NCBI GenBank assembly: GCA_965247475.1
Contig: OZ252016.1
Coordinates: 654,143 to 718,142, forward strand
Source of the DNA: Chloroflexota bacterium
GTDB taxonomy: Bacteria > Chloroflexota > UBA11872
Length of the DNA stretch: 64,000 nucleotides
Direction: 5' to 3'
The translations under genes were made by a program, and so were the position numbers. Within the stretch, counting starts at the first letter, position 1. Each line of letters begins with the position of its first letter. Positions 41,146 through 51,731 of this stretch are shown piece by piece. The notes beneath the pieces are model-generated. The model had not been told where the DNA came from. It ran no database searches and saw nothing but the letters and a program-made list of their open reading frames with translations.

Positions 41146-42570
41146 TCAGGCCAAGTCGGGCGCGGGCCGATCGGTCGACAGCAGCGCGTCGGCGATCGCC
41201 CAGAAGCGCATGCCGTTGCTGGCCTTCAAGAGCACGGCGTCATCCGGCCGCAGCGAACGGCGCACGGCCGACGCCGCGGCGTCAAGCGCCGCCGTGAGCG
41301 CCGTGTCGTCGTCCGGATCGACCTCGAAGAGCTGGACCCGGTCGGTCGTGAGTCCCTGATCCAGCGCCCCCCGCTGAATGTCGGCGGCCGACGCCCCCAC
41401 GCAGATCAACCGATCCAGGAACGCCGCCTGCGCCCCGACTGCGCGGTGCTCCCGCTCCGTGAACTCGCCTAGCTCGAACATGTCGCCCAGCACGGCGATC
41501 CGATGTCCCTCGACTGGCAGGTCGCGCAAGGCCGCGAGCGCAATCGCCACCGACGCCGCGTTGGCGTTGTAGCTGTCATCCAGCACCAGCGCTCCCTCCG
41601 GCGATCGCAGCAGCTGCAGCCGGTGCGGCGCTGGCTCGAATCCGCCCAGTCCATCGATCGCGGTCAGCGGATCGACCCCCAGCGCCAGCGCCGTCGCCAG
41701 CGCGGCGCCGAACGCGAGATCGACCGTGGGCAGCACACCCGCAGCCCGGACCTGAAAGCTCTGATCCTTCGCCGCGAGCCCCACCTGCGTGCCGGCGGCT
41801 TCCGCATCCAGCCGCGACGCAACGCGGACATCTGCACCCGCGCTCCTGCCGAAGGTCGTGACCGGCCCGCGGGCTCGGGTTCGCATCCACGGCGTCCAGG
41901 CGTCGTCCGCGTGAAGCACGACCGGTGACCCTATCGGCAGCGCGGCCAGCATCTCGGCCTTCGCCTCGGCCACGGCCTCGATCGACCCGAAGAGCCCCAG
42001 ATGCGCGCCCGCGATGTTGGTGATGACGCCGGCGTTTGGCGCCGCGTACTCGCAATAGGCGGCGATCTCACCCGCCGTCTGCGCTCCCATCTCGATCACC
42101 GCGAACCGATCGTCCGGCGCCAACCGCGAAAGCGTCGTGGGCACGCCGACGTCCGCGTTCTCGCTTCGGTCCGTGGCCAGCGTGGGGGCGGCCGCGCGCA
42201 GCGCGGCCGCGATCGCCTGCTTGGTGGTCGTCTTGCCGTTGCTTCCGGTCACGCCGACCACGGCGGCGTCGGAACTAGATCGAAGCTCGCCGGCGAGCGC
42301 CTCGAACGCGCCCAGGGCGTCGTCCGTCACGACCTGGCGGGTGCGGTCAACCGTGGGATCGGCGCGACCGCACAGCGCCGCCGCCGCGCCGGCCGCGAAC
42401 GCAGCCCCGACAAAGTCGCTCCCATCGACCCGCGCGCCGGGCATCGCCACAAACAACATGCCGGGCCGGATACGGCGGCTGTCGAAGTGCGCCGACGTGA
42501 GCGTGACGTCGGCGGACCCTGGCGTAGGCGTCTGACCGGCCGCCCGCTGCACGTCCGCGAGCGTGAACAT
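41146..42570 (-). CDS. murF: UDP-N-acetylmuramoyl-tripeptide--D-alanyl-D-alanine ligase
   Basis: Mur ligase motif GVTGSNGKTTTK and a MurF-like C-terminal domain. The ATG directly follows the mraY TGA. Confidence 0.9.
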   Translation of the reverse strand: MFTLADVQRAAGQTPTPGSADVTLTSAHFDSRRIRPGMLFVAMPGARVDGSDFVGAAFAAGAAAALCGRADPTVDRTRQVVTDDALGAFEALAGELRSSSDAAVVGVTGSNGKTTTKQAIAAALRAAAPTLATDRSENADVGVPTTLSRLAPDDRFAVIEMGAQTAGEIAAYCEYAAPNAGVITNIAGAHLGLFGSIEAVAEAKAEMLAALPIGSPVVLHADDAWTPWMRTRARGPVTTFGRSAGADVRVASRLDAEAAGTQVGLAAKDQSFQVRAAGVLPTVDLAFGAALATALALGVDPLTAIDGLGGFEPAPHRLQLLRSPEGALVLDDSYNANAASVAIALAALRDLPVEGHRIAVLGDMFELGEFTEREHRAVGAQAAFLDRLICVGASAADIQRGALDQGLTTDRVQLFEVDPDDDTALTAALDAAASAVRRSLRPDDAVLLKASNGMRFWAIADALLSTDRPAPDLA

Positions 42571-43839
42571 TCAGCGTCCCGTGCGGTCGGGTGCGGGGCC
42601 GAGCGCCTGCAGGCGCTCGGCGAGCTCGAGCGCGTTCATGGGGCGGCGCAAGAGGCCTTGTTCGGCGGCCGCGGCGGCCGTGTCCGGCCCACCCACCGCG
42701 CGGAGGCGGCGGTACAGCCGTATCGGTCCGATCGTCACCGGGCGGCCGTGCGCGAGCACCAGCCGGTCGCCCTCGTACGTGAGGAACGCGGGCCGCAGCC
42801 ACATCGCGGCCACCCAGAACGCCGCGCCCGTTGCGGCGCCGATTCCGATCCATACGGCCGCCGACCCGGTCCCGGGCATGGCCGCGGCCAGGACGCCGGC
42901 CGCGGCCGTTGCGAGCGTGGCCGACCACATCAGCAGCACGATCGCCCGGCGGTCCATCCCCAGCTTCTCCCAGTGGTGGTGCAGCGGCGACGCCAGCAGC
43001 GGCAGCGGGAACCGCTGGTGAGAAAGCGGACGGCCATCGGGGAGCCGCGGGTCGCGGATCCGGCGATACATCGGGACCAGCACCTTTGCCTGGATGAGCG
43101 AGGAGAACCCTTCAAGCAGCAGCGGTGCGGCGATCACCGGCCAGAGCAGATCGAAGCCCGCCACGATCGCCGCTCCGGCGCCTGCCGCCCCAAGCGCGAG
43201 CGCTCCGCTGTCACCCAGATACGCGCGCGCGGCCCGCGGCGCGCCGGAATTCGAAGGCGCCCAGCGTGACGGCAGGTTCCATACTAGGAATCCCAGCGCG
43301 GCGGCCGCCACCACCGTCGGCGGCGCGGCCAGCTCGGCCCCCGCCGCGAGCGCGGCCGCCAGCGCCCCGCCGATCAGGCTGATCCCCACCGTGCCCGCGG
43401 TCAGGCCGTCCATTCCGTCGCTGAAGCTGGTGGCGAGCGCCGTGCCGAGGAACAGCGCGAAATACCAGGCGCTGATCGGGAGGTGCTGTCCGGCCCCGAT
43501 CCAGTGCGCCAGCGAATAGGGAGAGCTCGCGCCGTTCACATGGGCGCCCGGACCCACCATGAGCGCCGTCGCCCCCGCCGCCAGGAGCACCGCGGTCATG
43601 AGGTAGGCGCCCTCGGGAACACCGCGGTCGCGAATCGACTTCCGAGCGTCGTCGACGAGGCCGAGGACGACGAAACCGGCCGCCCCAGCGACCAGCCACC
43701 AGCCGTCGGCGTTCGCCGAGGCCGCAGACGCAATTGCGATTCCGGCCACAATCGCGGCGGATACCGCGACGCCGCCGACCAGCGGGAGCTTGCCCACGGC
43801 GTCCGTCACCCCGTCGATCTGGTGCGCCCCGAGCTTCAC
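42571..43839 (-). CDS. mraY: phospho-N-acetylmuramoyl-pentapeptide transferase (MraY/WecA GT4 family) with an approximately 100-aa C-terminal extension
   Basis: GLVDDARK, SFSDGMDGLTAG and PLHHHWEKLG (MraY HHH motif); polytopic. Confidence 0.8.
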   Translation of the reverse strand: MKLGAHQIDGVTDAVGKLPLVGGVAVSAAIVAGIAIASAASANADGWWLVAGAAGFVVLGLVDDARKSIRDRGVPEGAYLMTAVLLAAGATALMVGPGAHVNGASSPYSLAHWIGAGQHLPISAWYFALFLGTALATSFSDGMDGLTAGTVGISLIGGALAAALAAGAELAAPPTVVAAAALGFLVWNLPSRWAPSNSGAPRAARAYLGDSGALALGAAGAGAAIVAGFDLLWPVIAAPLLLEGFSSLIQAKVLVPMYRRIRDPRLPDGRPLSHQRFPLPLLASPLHHHWEKLGMDRRAIVLLMWSATLATAAAGVLAAAMPGTGSAAVWIGIGAATGAAFWVAAMWLRPAFLTYEGDRLVLAHGRPVTIGPIRLYRRLRAVGGPDTAAAAAEQGLLRRPMNALELAERLQALGPAPDRTGR

Positions 43840-44008
43840 CTCGCGGGAGATGAACCGCTGCAGTCGGGAGCCCAGGACCGGCGTCAGACCGAGTGCGATC
43901 GCGAAGGCCGCAATGCCGGCAATCGTCAGAAGCGGGAGGGCCTCGATGGGTGGCGCTTCCCTCGGGTGGCGCTCGTCGGATTATAGGCGCCGCCCGGCCG
44001 CATCAGGT

Positions 44009-45220
44009 TCACCCCGTGACCTCTTCGTACAGGTCAAGCACCGGCCGAATCCGGTCGCTCCACGCGAAATGCCTCTCCGCGCGCGCCCGCAGGTCCGAGC
44101 CGGTTCGGGTGCGAAGCTCACGATCCTCGAGCAGACGGAGTAACGCATCGGCCAGCTCGCCAACCGACCCTCGGCGCGCCAGCACACCGGAGGGACCGAG
44201 GATCTCCTTCGCGACCGCGCCGTCATAGGCGATCGTTGGCAGCCCCGTGGCCATGTAGTTCAGCAGCTTGCCGTTACCCTCGGTCTCCGAGCGCTTTGGC
44301 GAGACGGCGATGTCCATCACGCGCAGGGACTCCGGAGCGTCCTCGTACGGGACCCGACCGGTGAAGGTAAAGAACCGTTCCAGACCGGCCGCGCGCGCCG
44401 CCGCCGCATATACGTCTGGATTCGGAAATCCCATGATCAGGAAATGAGCGCCCGGGAACGTCCGTACCACCCGCTCGGCGGCGCGGATGAGGTCGCCGGT
44501 CCCCTGGTACTCCGCCAGCAAGCCGAGGTACCCGACGATCAGGCGGTCGGACGGAATGCCCAGGCGCCGGCGCCGCTCGGCGATCGCGATCGAATCCTCG
44601 CCAGTTCGCGGTCGGAACCGTTCCAGATCCACCCCGTCTGGAACCGCGGTCACGCGCTCTGGCGCGACGCCAAACCGCTCGAGCAGTTGATCCCGCGCGT
44701 GGTCGGAGCTCGTCAGGATGCGATCGGGCGCGCGCGTGGCCAGACGCTCGATCCAACCGAACACCCGCAGCAGCGGGCTGCCTGGCCGCAGGAATCGGTG
44801 GTCGAGCATCTCGCTCGTGAGGCTGCCTTGATAGTCGAACACGAGCGGCGCGCCGGTCAGCTTCGCGAGCGGCCAGCCGGCGAGCACGCCTTCGTGCAGA
44901 TGGGCGTGCACGATGTCGACCCCGCGGCCCAGCGTGCGGGCCAGCGCGGTTCCGGACAGGACGGGATCGAGCAGCAGCTTGCGCCAGTGCGATCCGACCA
45001 ACGGGTTTTGGCGAGGCGCCAGCGCCGGAATCCGCCGCACTCGCGTGCCGGGCGGCGACGAACCGGTTGCATAGGTGAAAATCGTGACATGGTGACCGGC
45101 TGCTTCGAGCGCCCGCGTCTCCTCGAGGATCCGTACGTGACACCCGTAGTCGGCAAAGAAGCCCGTCGGCGCAATCGTGACGATTCGCTTGCTCACGGCG
45201 TTCCTGCGGGGCGCACGCAA
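44009..45220 (-). CDS. GT4-family glycosyltransferase (glycosyl transferase group 1)
   Basis: GT-B fold with a C-terminal E-x7-E-like region (NGKLLNYMATGLPTIAYDG). The start may be the internal GTG near 45196. Confidence 0.8.
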   Translation of the reverse strand: MRAPRRNAVSKRIVTIAPTGFFADYGCHVRILEETRALEAAGHHVTIFTYATGSSPPGTRVRRIPALAPRQNPLVGSHWRKLLLDPVLSGTALARTLGRGVDIVHAHLHEGVLAGWPLAKLTGAPLVFDYQGSLTSEMLDHRFLRPGSPLLRVFGWIERLATRAPDRILTSSDHARDQLLERFGVAPERVTAVPDGVDLERFRPRTGEDSIAIAERRRRLGIPSDRLIVGYLGLLAEYQGTGDLIRAAERVVRTFPGAHFLIMGFPNPDVYAAAARAAGLERFFTFTGRVPYEDAPESLRVMDIAVSPKRSETEGNGKLLNYMATGLPTIAYDGAVAKEILGPSGVLARRGSVGELADALLRLLEDRELRTRTGSDLRARAERHFAWSDRIRPVLDLYEEVTG

Positions 45221-45363
45221 AACCTCCGTCGGGCTCGGCCGGCGGAGGCGGCCACGAGTTTAGAAGGGCTCGAATCTGGCGGCAAAGCTCGGCGCCGGAG
45301 CGCGCGGCCGTGAACCGCGCGCCCTCCAGGGACCCGGCTACGTTGGAGCGGCAGAATGGTCCG

Positions 45364-45837
45364 GTGGAGCTGACGACGGACGGACCCTCCGCGACCCGCG
45401 CGATCGGTCGGGCGATCGGACGCGAGTTGCGCGCCTCCGACGTCGTCGCGCTCGAGGGACCGCTCGGCGCCGGCAAGACGACGCTGGCGAAAGGCATCGG
45501 CGACGCGCTCGGGGTGGCCGGCGAGATCACCTCGCCCAGCTACACGTTTGTGGCCGTTCACCGCGGGACCCGTGCGCTGCTTCATCACGTGGACCTGTTT
45601 CGGTTGGGCGGACCCGATGAGATCGACTCGATTGGGTGGGACATGGTCATGGAACAAGACGCGATCGTGGTGGTCGAGTGGCCCGATCGCGCCGGCGATC
45701 GGTTGCCGCCGGACCACCTGCTGGTTACGTTGACACACCGCTCGCGCGACTGGCGGCGCGTGGTCGTCCGCGCGTTCGGTGGTCGGGCGCTGGAGATCCT
45801 CAACGGCGTCCGAACGGCGCTGGCGGCCACGTCGTGA
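45364..45837 (+). CDS. tsaE: tRNA threonylcarbamoyladenosine biosynthesis protein TsaE
   Basis: P-loop LEGPLGAGKTTLAKG. Start uncertain (ATG 45310 or GTG 45364). Confidence 0.85.
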   Translation: MELTTDGPSATRAIGRAIGRELRASDVVALEGPLGAGKTTLAKGIGDALGVAGEITSPSYTFVAVHRGTRALLHHVDLFRLGGPDEIDSIGWDMVMEQDAIVVVEWPDRAGDRLPPDHLLVTLTHRSRDWRRVVVRAFGGRALEILNGVRTALAATS

Positions 45838-46499
45838 TGCTGCTCGGAATCGACACCTCGCAATCGCGTCCGGCGATGGCCCTCATGCGCGGCGATCGAG
45901 TCCTGGCCGCCGTCCCCTCGGAGACGTGGCCGGCGCCGCTGGTGGCGCTGTTTCATGAAGTCTGTCGGCGGGCGCGGATCACGGCCGATCGGGTATTGGA
46001 CGGACTCGACGCCGTCGCGGTGGCCGTCGGGCCGGGTCGCTACACGAGCCTGCGCAGCGGCGTGTCCTTTGCCAAGGGCCTCGCCGCCGCGCGCGAGCTT
46101 CGGATCGTCGGGGTCCCAACCGAGGCCGCGATCGCCGCGGCGGCCAGGATCGAGCGCGGCGGCGTCCTGATACCGGCCGGCCGCGACCGCGTCTACCTCA
46201 CACGCGTGGGAGAGGACGCGCCCGAATTCAGCACGGTGTCCGCGCGAGCCCTTGGCGGATGGTCGGATTCCGCGCCGGTCGCCGGTGAGATGACCGACGA
46301 GGTCCGCGCGGCGCTGGCCCGGCAGGGAGCCACGGCGATCCCAGTCACGTCCGATGAAACGGCGGTTGCCGTCGCCCGGCTGGCACGACGATTGCTCACC
46401 GTGGGCCAGGGGCCGGCGACGTACCGCGTCACGCCGCGCTACCTCGCGAGTCCCGTCGGCGCGGACGCCGTGCCGACGTTAGCGACCGCCCGTGAGTGA
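45836..46499 (+). CDS. tsaB: tRNA threonylcarbamoyladenosine biosynthesis protein TsaB
   Basis: MLLGIDTSQ... Kae1-like inactive paralog; overlaps the tsaE stop. Confidence 0.85.
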
Positions 46500-47130
46500 C
46501 ACAGGCTTGGCGACGCGTGAACGGTTCGTCATCGAGCCCATGTCGCTCGACGACATCCCGCAGGTCCGGCGGATCGAGCGGGCCTCGTTTCCGACGCCGT
46601 GGCCGCGCGACTCGTACAAGCGCGAGATCCTCGAGAACGGACGCGCGCGCTACCTGGTTGTACGGCGTGCCGAGCCGCCGCCGGTCGTCAGGGTGCCGTC
46701 GCGCCCGGCGCGGCGCGTGCGCGAGTGGCTGTGGCCGTTTGGCGTGGACGATGAATCCGACGACATCGTGGCGTTCGGGGGGCTGTGGGTGATAGCCGAC
46801 GAGGCCCACATCACCACCGTCGCCGTGGGCCCCAGCTACCGTCGCCGCGGCCTCGGCGAGCTCCTGGTAGTCGAGATGGCGAGATTGAGCATTGAATCCC
46901 GGGTCCGGCGGATCACGCTTGAAGTCCGTGTAAGCAATGCGGTCGCGCAGAATCTGTATCGGAAGTGCGGTTTCTTCGACCACGAGACGCGGCCCCGCTA
47001 CTACAGCGACGACTTCGAGGACGCGCTGGTCATGTGGGCCGAGGGCGTGGATTTCCCCGAGTTCAAGCAGATGGTCGAACGGCGCGCGGATCGGCTGGCG
47101 ACGAAGCTTCGCTGGGAATCGCGCGTATAG
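46492..47130 (+). CDS. rimI: ribosomal-protein-alanine N-acetyltransferase
   Basis: GNAT motifs (RRRGLGELLV) in the canonical tsaB-rimI-tsaD context. Confidence 0.85.
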   Translation: MSDTGLATRERFVIEPMSLDDIPQVRRIERASFPTPWPRDSYKREILENGRARYLVVRRAEPPPVVRVPSRPARRVREWLWPFGVDDESDDIVAFGGLWVIADEAHITTVAVGPSYRRRGLGELLVVEMARLSIESRVRRITLEVRVSNAVAQNLYRKCGFFDHETRPRYYSDDFEDALVMWAEGVDFPEFKQMVERRADRLATKLRWESRV

Positions 47131-47133
47131 CGC

Positions 47134-48201
47134 ATGCCGGAGCGGCTTAGCGCGTCATTCGTTCTCGGCATCGAGACTTCGTGCGACGACACGTCGGTGG
47201 CCGTGGTGCGGGATGGATCGGTCGAGCTCGGCCTGGCCGGACAGACGCAAATCGAGCCTCACGCGCGCCACGGCGGCATCGTTCCCGAGGCCGCCTCACG
47301 CATTCACGTCGAGGTCATCGATGCCGTCCTCGACGCGGCCCTGTCGAGGTCCGGCATTGAGCTTCGCGAAGTCGACGCGGTGGCGGTCACCTACGGTCCG
47401 GGGCTTCCCGGTTCGCTGCTCGTCGGCGTGGAGTTCGCCCAGGCGCTGGCCCTGGGGCTGGACCGGCCACTGGTGCCCGTCAATCACCTGGAAGGACACT
47501 TCGCGGCCCCCTGGCTGAGAGCCGAGCCGCCGCCCGAGTACCCGATCGTCGCCTTGATCGTGTCCGGCGGGCACACCGAGTTGGTCCACTCGCGCGCGCC
47601 GGGTGACTACCGGCTGCTGGGACGAACCCGCGACGACGCCGCCGGCGAAGCGTTCGACAAGGTCGGACGTCTGCTCGGCCTGCCGTTCCCTGGTGGTCCG
47701 GCGATCGAGGAGGCGGCGCGGCGCACCGACTCCTCGCCTTACAACCTGCCGCGTGCGTGGATTCGCGGAACCAGCGACTTCAGTTTCAGCGGCCTCAAGA
47801 CGGCGGTCCTGCGCCTGATCGAGGACCGCCTCGGTCCCGCCGAGATGCGGCGCATTCTGGGTGCCGCTAGGAGCGCTGGTCCTCGTTCCGGCGACCCCTC
47901 GTTCGTCGCCGACGTATCGCTGGCCTTCGAGCTGTCGGTCGTGGACGTTCTGGTGGCGAAAACGGTCGATGCGGCCAGGCGCCACTCCGCCGCGTCGATC
48001 ATCGTGACCGGTGGGGTGTCCGCCAACCGGCGCCTGCGCCGGGCGATGCGCGAGGCGGCGCCGGTTCCGGTCCACGCCCCCGAGTGGCGGCACTGCGGCG
48101 ACAACGCCGCCATGATCGCGGTCGCCGGCGCCTGGCGCCTCGCGCAAGGTCAGACCGCCAGGGATCCGGTGGAGATCGAACCGTCGCTGAAGCTCCCCTA
48201 G
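47134..48201 (+). CDS. tsaD: tRNA N6-adenosine threonylcarbamoyltransferase TsaD
   Basis: LGIETSCDDTSVAV...HLEGH...SGGHT. Confidence 0.95.
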   Translation: MPERLSASFVLGIETSCDDTSVAVVRDGSVELGLAGQTQIEPHARHGGIVPEAASRIHVEVIDAVLDAALSRSGIELREVDAVAVTYGPGLPGSLLVGVEFAQALALGLDRPLVPVNHLEGHFAAPWLRAEPPPEYPIVALIVSGGHTELVHSRAPGDYRLLGRTRDDAAGEAFDKVGRLLGLPFPGGPAIEEAARRTDSSPYNLPRAWIRGTSDFSFSGLKTAVLRLIEDRLGPAEMRRILGAARSAGPRSGDPSFVADVSLAFELSVVDVLVAKTVDAARRHSAASIIVTGGVSANRRLRRAMREAAPVPVHAPEWRHCGDNAAMIAVAGAWRLAQGQTARDPVEIEPSLKLP

Positions 48202-48245
48202 CTCGGCCGTCGCCTGTCGAGACGCCGGATGCCTGGCCAGCGGTC

Positions 48246-48394
48246 TAATCACTCCCCCCATCGAGGGGGAGTCGCGGCAGCCGGCGCCGGCTGCCGCGGT
48301 GGGGGGCGCCCGTACGCGCGGGCAGGTGGCCCGACCATCAGCTCGGGATGTCTGGTGGCCCAATCAATCACTCCCCCTCAACGGCGGGAGTGAT
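48246..48394. terminator. palindrome/hairpin cluster between convergent tsaD and purH: hairpin ACTCCCCC-catcga-GGGGGAGT (48251-48272), a perfect 26-bp palindrome CGCGGCAGCCGGCGCCGGCTGCCGCG (48273-48298), and hairpin ATCACTCCC-10 nt-GGGAGTGAT (48367-48394)
   Basis: Read directly. Their position between convergent genes fits bidirectional terminators. They share the core GGGAGTGAT/ATCACTCCC with the repeats at 1049 and 1259. Confidence 0.6.
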
Positions 48395-48507
48395 CTCGAG
48401 CGATCCGCGAACGTGGTCGCGCGGCAGCGCCCCGCCTCGCCGACTCCCACTCGATGGAGCGGGCACTCCGCACGTGCATCCGTCGCTACATCTCCGGAAG
48501 GGGTCAG

Positions 48508-50062
48508 CTAGTGCCTGAAGTGGCGCTCGCCGATCAGCACGAGAATCCCGCCGCGCCGCTCCACCGCCTTGATCACCTCGTCGTCGCGAATCGATCCGGC
48601 AACTGACAGGATCGCGCGCACGCCGGCGTCCAGCGCCGTCTCCGGTCCGTCGGCGAACGGAAAGTAGGCGTCGGAGATCAGGTAGCTTCCCCGCGCCGCC
48701 TCCCCGGCCTGTTCCACCGCGTGGCGAACGGCATTCACCCGATTGACCTGGCCAGAGCCGAGGCCGATCAGCCGGTTCTCCGCCACCAGCAGGATCGCGT
48801 TCGACTTCACGTGCCGGATTGCGCGCAGCCCAAATCGCAGCTGCTCCAGGTCGGCCTCCGTTGGCCGTGCGCTCGTGACCGCGTGCATCTCCAGGTCCGG
48901 CGCGGGGCGGCGGTCTGGGTCCTGGACCAGGTACGCCCGATCCATCCCCCACACGTGCGCCGATTCGAATCGCAGCGGCTCGCGTTCGTCCGCCGCGTGC
49001 CAGCGCATCACCCGCAGGTTCTTGCGGCGTATCAGCCGCTTGAGCGCGTCCGGCTGGTATCCGGGGGCGACCATCACGTCGTAGTAGTGGCCCTTCATCG
49101 CCGCCACCGTGGCCGCCTCGACGGTCCGATTGAACCCGACGATGCCGCCAAACGCCGAGACCGGGTCGGCCTCCCGCGCCCGCACGTACGCCTCTGTCTG
49201 CGATGTCGGATGCGTCGCGAGGCAGCACGGAATCGTGTGCTTGACGATCGACACCGCGATGTCGTCAAAGTCGTTTGCCGACGCCCACGCCGATTGCAAA
49301 TCGAGGATGTTGATGTACGAGAGCTCCCGGCCGTGCAGCTGCTCGACCGCCGGCAGCTCGCCGACCCCGAGCTCGGCGGCCCCCGCCGCGTAGAAGGCCG
49401 CGGCCTGGTGCGGGTTCTCGCCATAGCGAAGCTCGCGCAGCTTGCGCAGCGGCACGGTCAGCAGGTCGGGGAAGTCCTGGCCGAGCTCGTGCTGCAGGCT
49501 ACCCGCGATATGGGCGTCGTAGAACGCGGTGGTTGCGTACGCTTTGGCGGCCAGCTCGCGCCGCAGGTCGCGTGCATCGCCGTCGGAACCGAGCGCCTCG
49601 ATCACGCGGTCGTAGTCCGCCGGCTCCACGACGATCCATACGTCGTTGTGGTTCTTGGCGGCCGCCCGGATCAGCGCCACCCCGCCGATGTCGATGTTCT
49701 CGATGATCTCGTCGCGATCCGTCGTGGCCGCGAGCGTGGCCGCGAACGGGTAGAGGTTCACCGCCACCAGGTCGATCGTGCCGATGTCGAGCGAGTCGAG
49801 CTGCCGCAGGTGGTCCGGCGTATCGCGCCGGGCGAGGATGCCCGCGTGGATCGACGGGTGCAGCGTCTTGACGCGGCCGTCGAGCATCTCCGGCGACCCG
49901 GTGACGTCATCGATCTGCCGAACGTCCACGCCGGCCGCGGCGATCGCGGCGGCGGTTCCCCCGGACGCGACGATCTCCCAGCCGAGGTCCGACAGCGCCT
50001 TTGCGAAAGGCTCGAGGCCGGTCTTGTCGTGGACGCTGATCAGCGCGCGCGGCCGGGCCATG
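48508..50062 (-). CDS. purH: bifunctional AICAR transformylase / IMP cyclohydrolase
   Basis: MARPRALISVHDKTGLEPFA... MGS-like plus AICARFT domains. ATG at 50060-50062. Confidence 0.95.
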
Positions 50063-50066
50063 GCGC

Positions 50067-50684
50067 CTATTTGGCCTCCGAATCGATCCGAACGGCGCAA
50101 TCGCGCACGCGCACCCGCCCCTCGGCGAACCATTGGAGCGCCTGCGGATAGATCCGGTGCTCCTCCGCAAGAATGCGGTCGGCGAGCGTCTCCACCGTGT
50201 CGCCGGGCAATACCGGCACGGCCGCCTGGGCGACGATGGGACCGGCGTCGACGTCATTCGTCACGATGTGCACCGTGCACCCGCTGATCTTCACGCCGGC
50301 CCCGAGCGCGTCCGCCTGCGGCGCCATCGTGCCGCCGAACGCGGGCAGCAGCGACGGGTGGATGTTCACAATCCGGTTCGGGTACGCGGCGACCAGTTCG
50401 GCAGTCAGGATCGCGGTGAACCCGGCCAGCGCGACCAGCTCCACGTCGGCCTCCCGCAGGATGGTCAGCATCCGGCGCTGCTGCAAGTCGCGGTTTGGAA
50501 ACGCGTCCCGTGGCACGACGTGCGCCGGCACATCGAATCCATCCGCCACGTCCAGAACGGCGGCGCCTTCGCGATTGCAGATGAGGACGGCCGCCTCGGC
50601 CGTGAGCCGCCGATCGTGGATCGCGCGCAGAATCGCGCGGGCGTTGGTGCCGCGCCCGGACGCCAAGATCCCGATTCGGATCAT
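50067..50684 (-). CDS. purN: phosphoribosylglycinamide formyltransferase
   Basis: MIRIGILASGRGTNA... and a formyl transferase motif. ATG at 50682-50684. Confidence 0.9.
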   Translation of the reverse strand: MIRIGILASGRGTNARAILRAIHDRRLTAEAAVLICNREGAAVLDVADGFDVPAHVVPRDAFPNRDLQQRRMLTILREADVELVALAGFTAILTAELVAAYPNRIVNIHPSLLPAFGGTMAPQADALGAGVKISGCTVHIVTNDVDAGPIVAQAAVPVLPGDTVETLADRILAEEHRIYPQALQWFAEGRVRVRDCAVRIDSEAK

Positions 50685-50700
50685 GGGCGCCCCGCAACCC

Positions 50701-51681
50701 TCACACGGCCTCCAGTTCCACCGGCGGGCCGGTGCGCGCGACGATCTCGCCCGCCACGAAAGACCCCTCGATCTCACGCTGCAGCGTGTCCGACGCCTCC
50801 GGGGCGGCGATGATCACCATGCCGACGCCCATGTTGAAGACGCGGAACATCTCGGCGTCGGCAACGTCCTGATCGCGCTGGATCACGTCGAACACTGGCG
50901 GCCTGGGCCATGCGCCGGGGCGCAGGCGGGCCGCCAGCGACTCGGGCAGGACGCGGGGGATATTCTCGATCAGCCCGCCTCCGGTGATGTGCGCGGCCGC
51001 GCGCACACCGGGCGTCTCGAACGCTCTCGCCAGCTCGGCCTGATAGGAGACATGGGGCGCGAGCAGCGCCGCGCGCAGCGATTGCCCTCCGACCGGCGTA
51101 TCGGCATCCAGATGGGCCGCCACCCGCCCCGCCAGGCTGTATCCGTTGGAATGAGGGCCGGATGAGGGAAGCCCGACGCACACGTCGCCGACCGCGACGG
51201 TCGCGGGGTCCGGGAGATCGGAGCGCTCGGCGATCCCGATCATCGTTCCGACCAGATCGTAGGCGCCCGGCCGATAGGTTCGTGGGAGCTGCGCGCTCTC
51301 GCCGCCGATGAAGTCCGCGCCAGCGGCGACCAATGCGTCGGCCATGCCTTCCACCAGCCGCCGGACCACCGCCGGATCGAGTTCCTCGGCCGCCACGTAG
51401 TCGAGGAACGCCAGCGGACGCGCATTCTGCACCGCCACATCGTTCAGGCAGTGGTGCACGATGTCGCGCCCGGCGCCCTCCGGATCGTCCCACTCGATCG
51501 CCAGCGCCAGCTTGGTGCCGAGTGAGTCCGTGCTCGCGACCAGGACCGGATCGCGGTAGCCGGCCGGGACTCGAAACCCACCGGCGAACGCGCCGAACCC
51601 CTGCACGAGACGATCGGTCGCGGTCGCTTCAACCGCCCGGCGGAGCCCATCCTTGACGCGCCGGTTGTGATCGATATCCAC
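50701..51681 (-). CDS. purM: phosphoribosylformylglycinamidine cyclo-ligase (AIR synthetase)
   Basis: (G)VDIDHN...TDSLGTKL...; GTG at 51679-51681. Conserved residues TTTAYAASG continue in frame upstream with no canonical start. Confidence 0.9.
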   Translation of the reverse strand: MDIDHNRRVKDGLRRAVEATATDRLVQGFGAFAGGFRVPAGYRDPVLVASTDSLGTKLALAIEWDDPEGAGRDIVHHCLNDVAVQNARPLAFLDYVAAEELDPAVVRRLVEGMADALVAAGADFIGGESAQLPRTYRPGAYDLVGTMIGIAERSDLPDPATVAVGDVCVGLPSSGPHSNGYSLAGRVAAHLDADTPVGGQSLRAALLAPHVSYQAELARAFETPGVRAAAHITGGGLIENIPRVLPESLAARLRPGAWPRPPVFDVIQRDQDVADAEMFRVFNMGVGMVIIAAPEASDTLQREIEGSFVAGEIVARTGPPVELEAV

Positions 51682-51731
51682 CCCCGACGCCGCGTAGGCC
51701 GTCGTCGTATCCCCTGTGCCTCGTGACGCGG

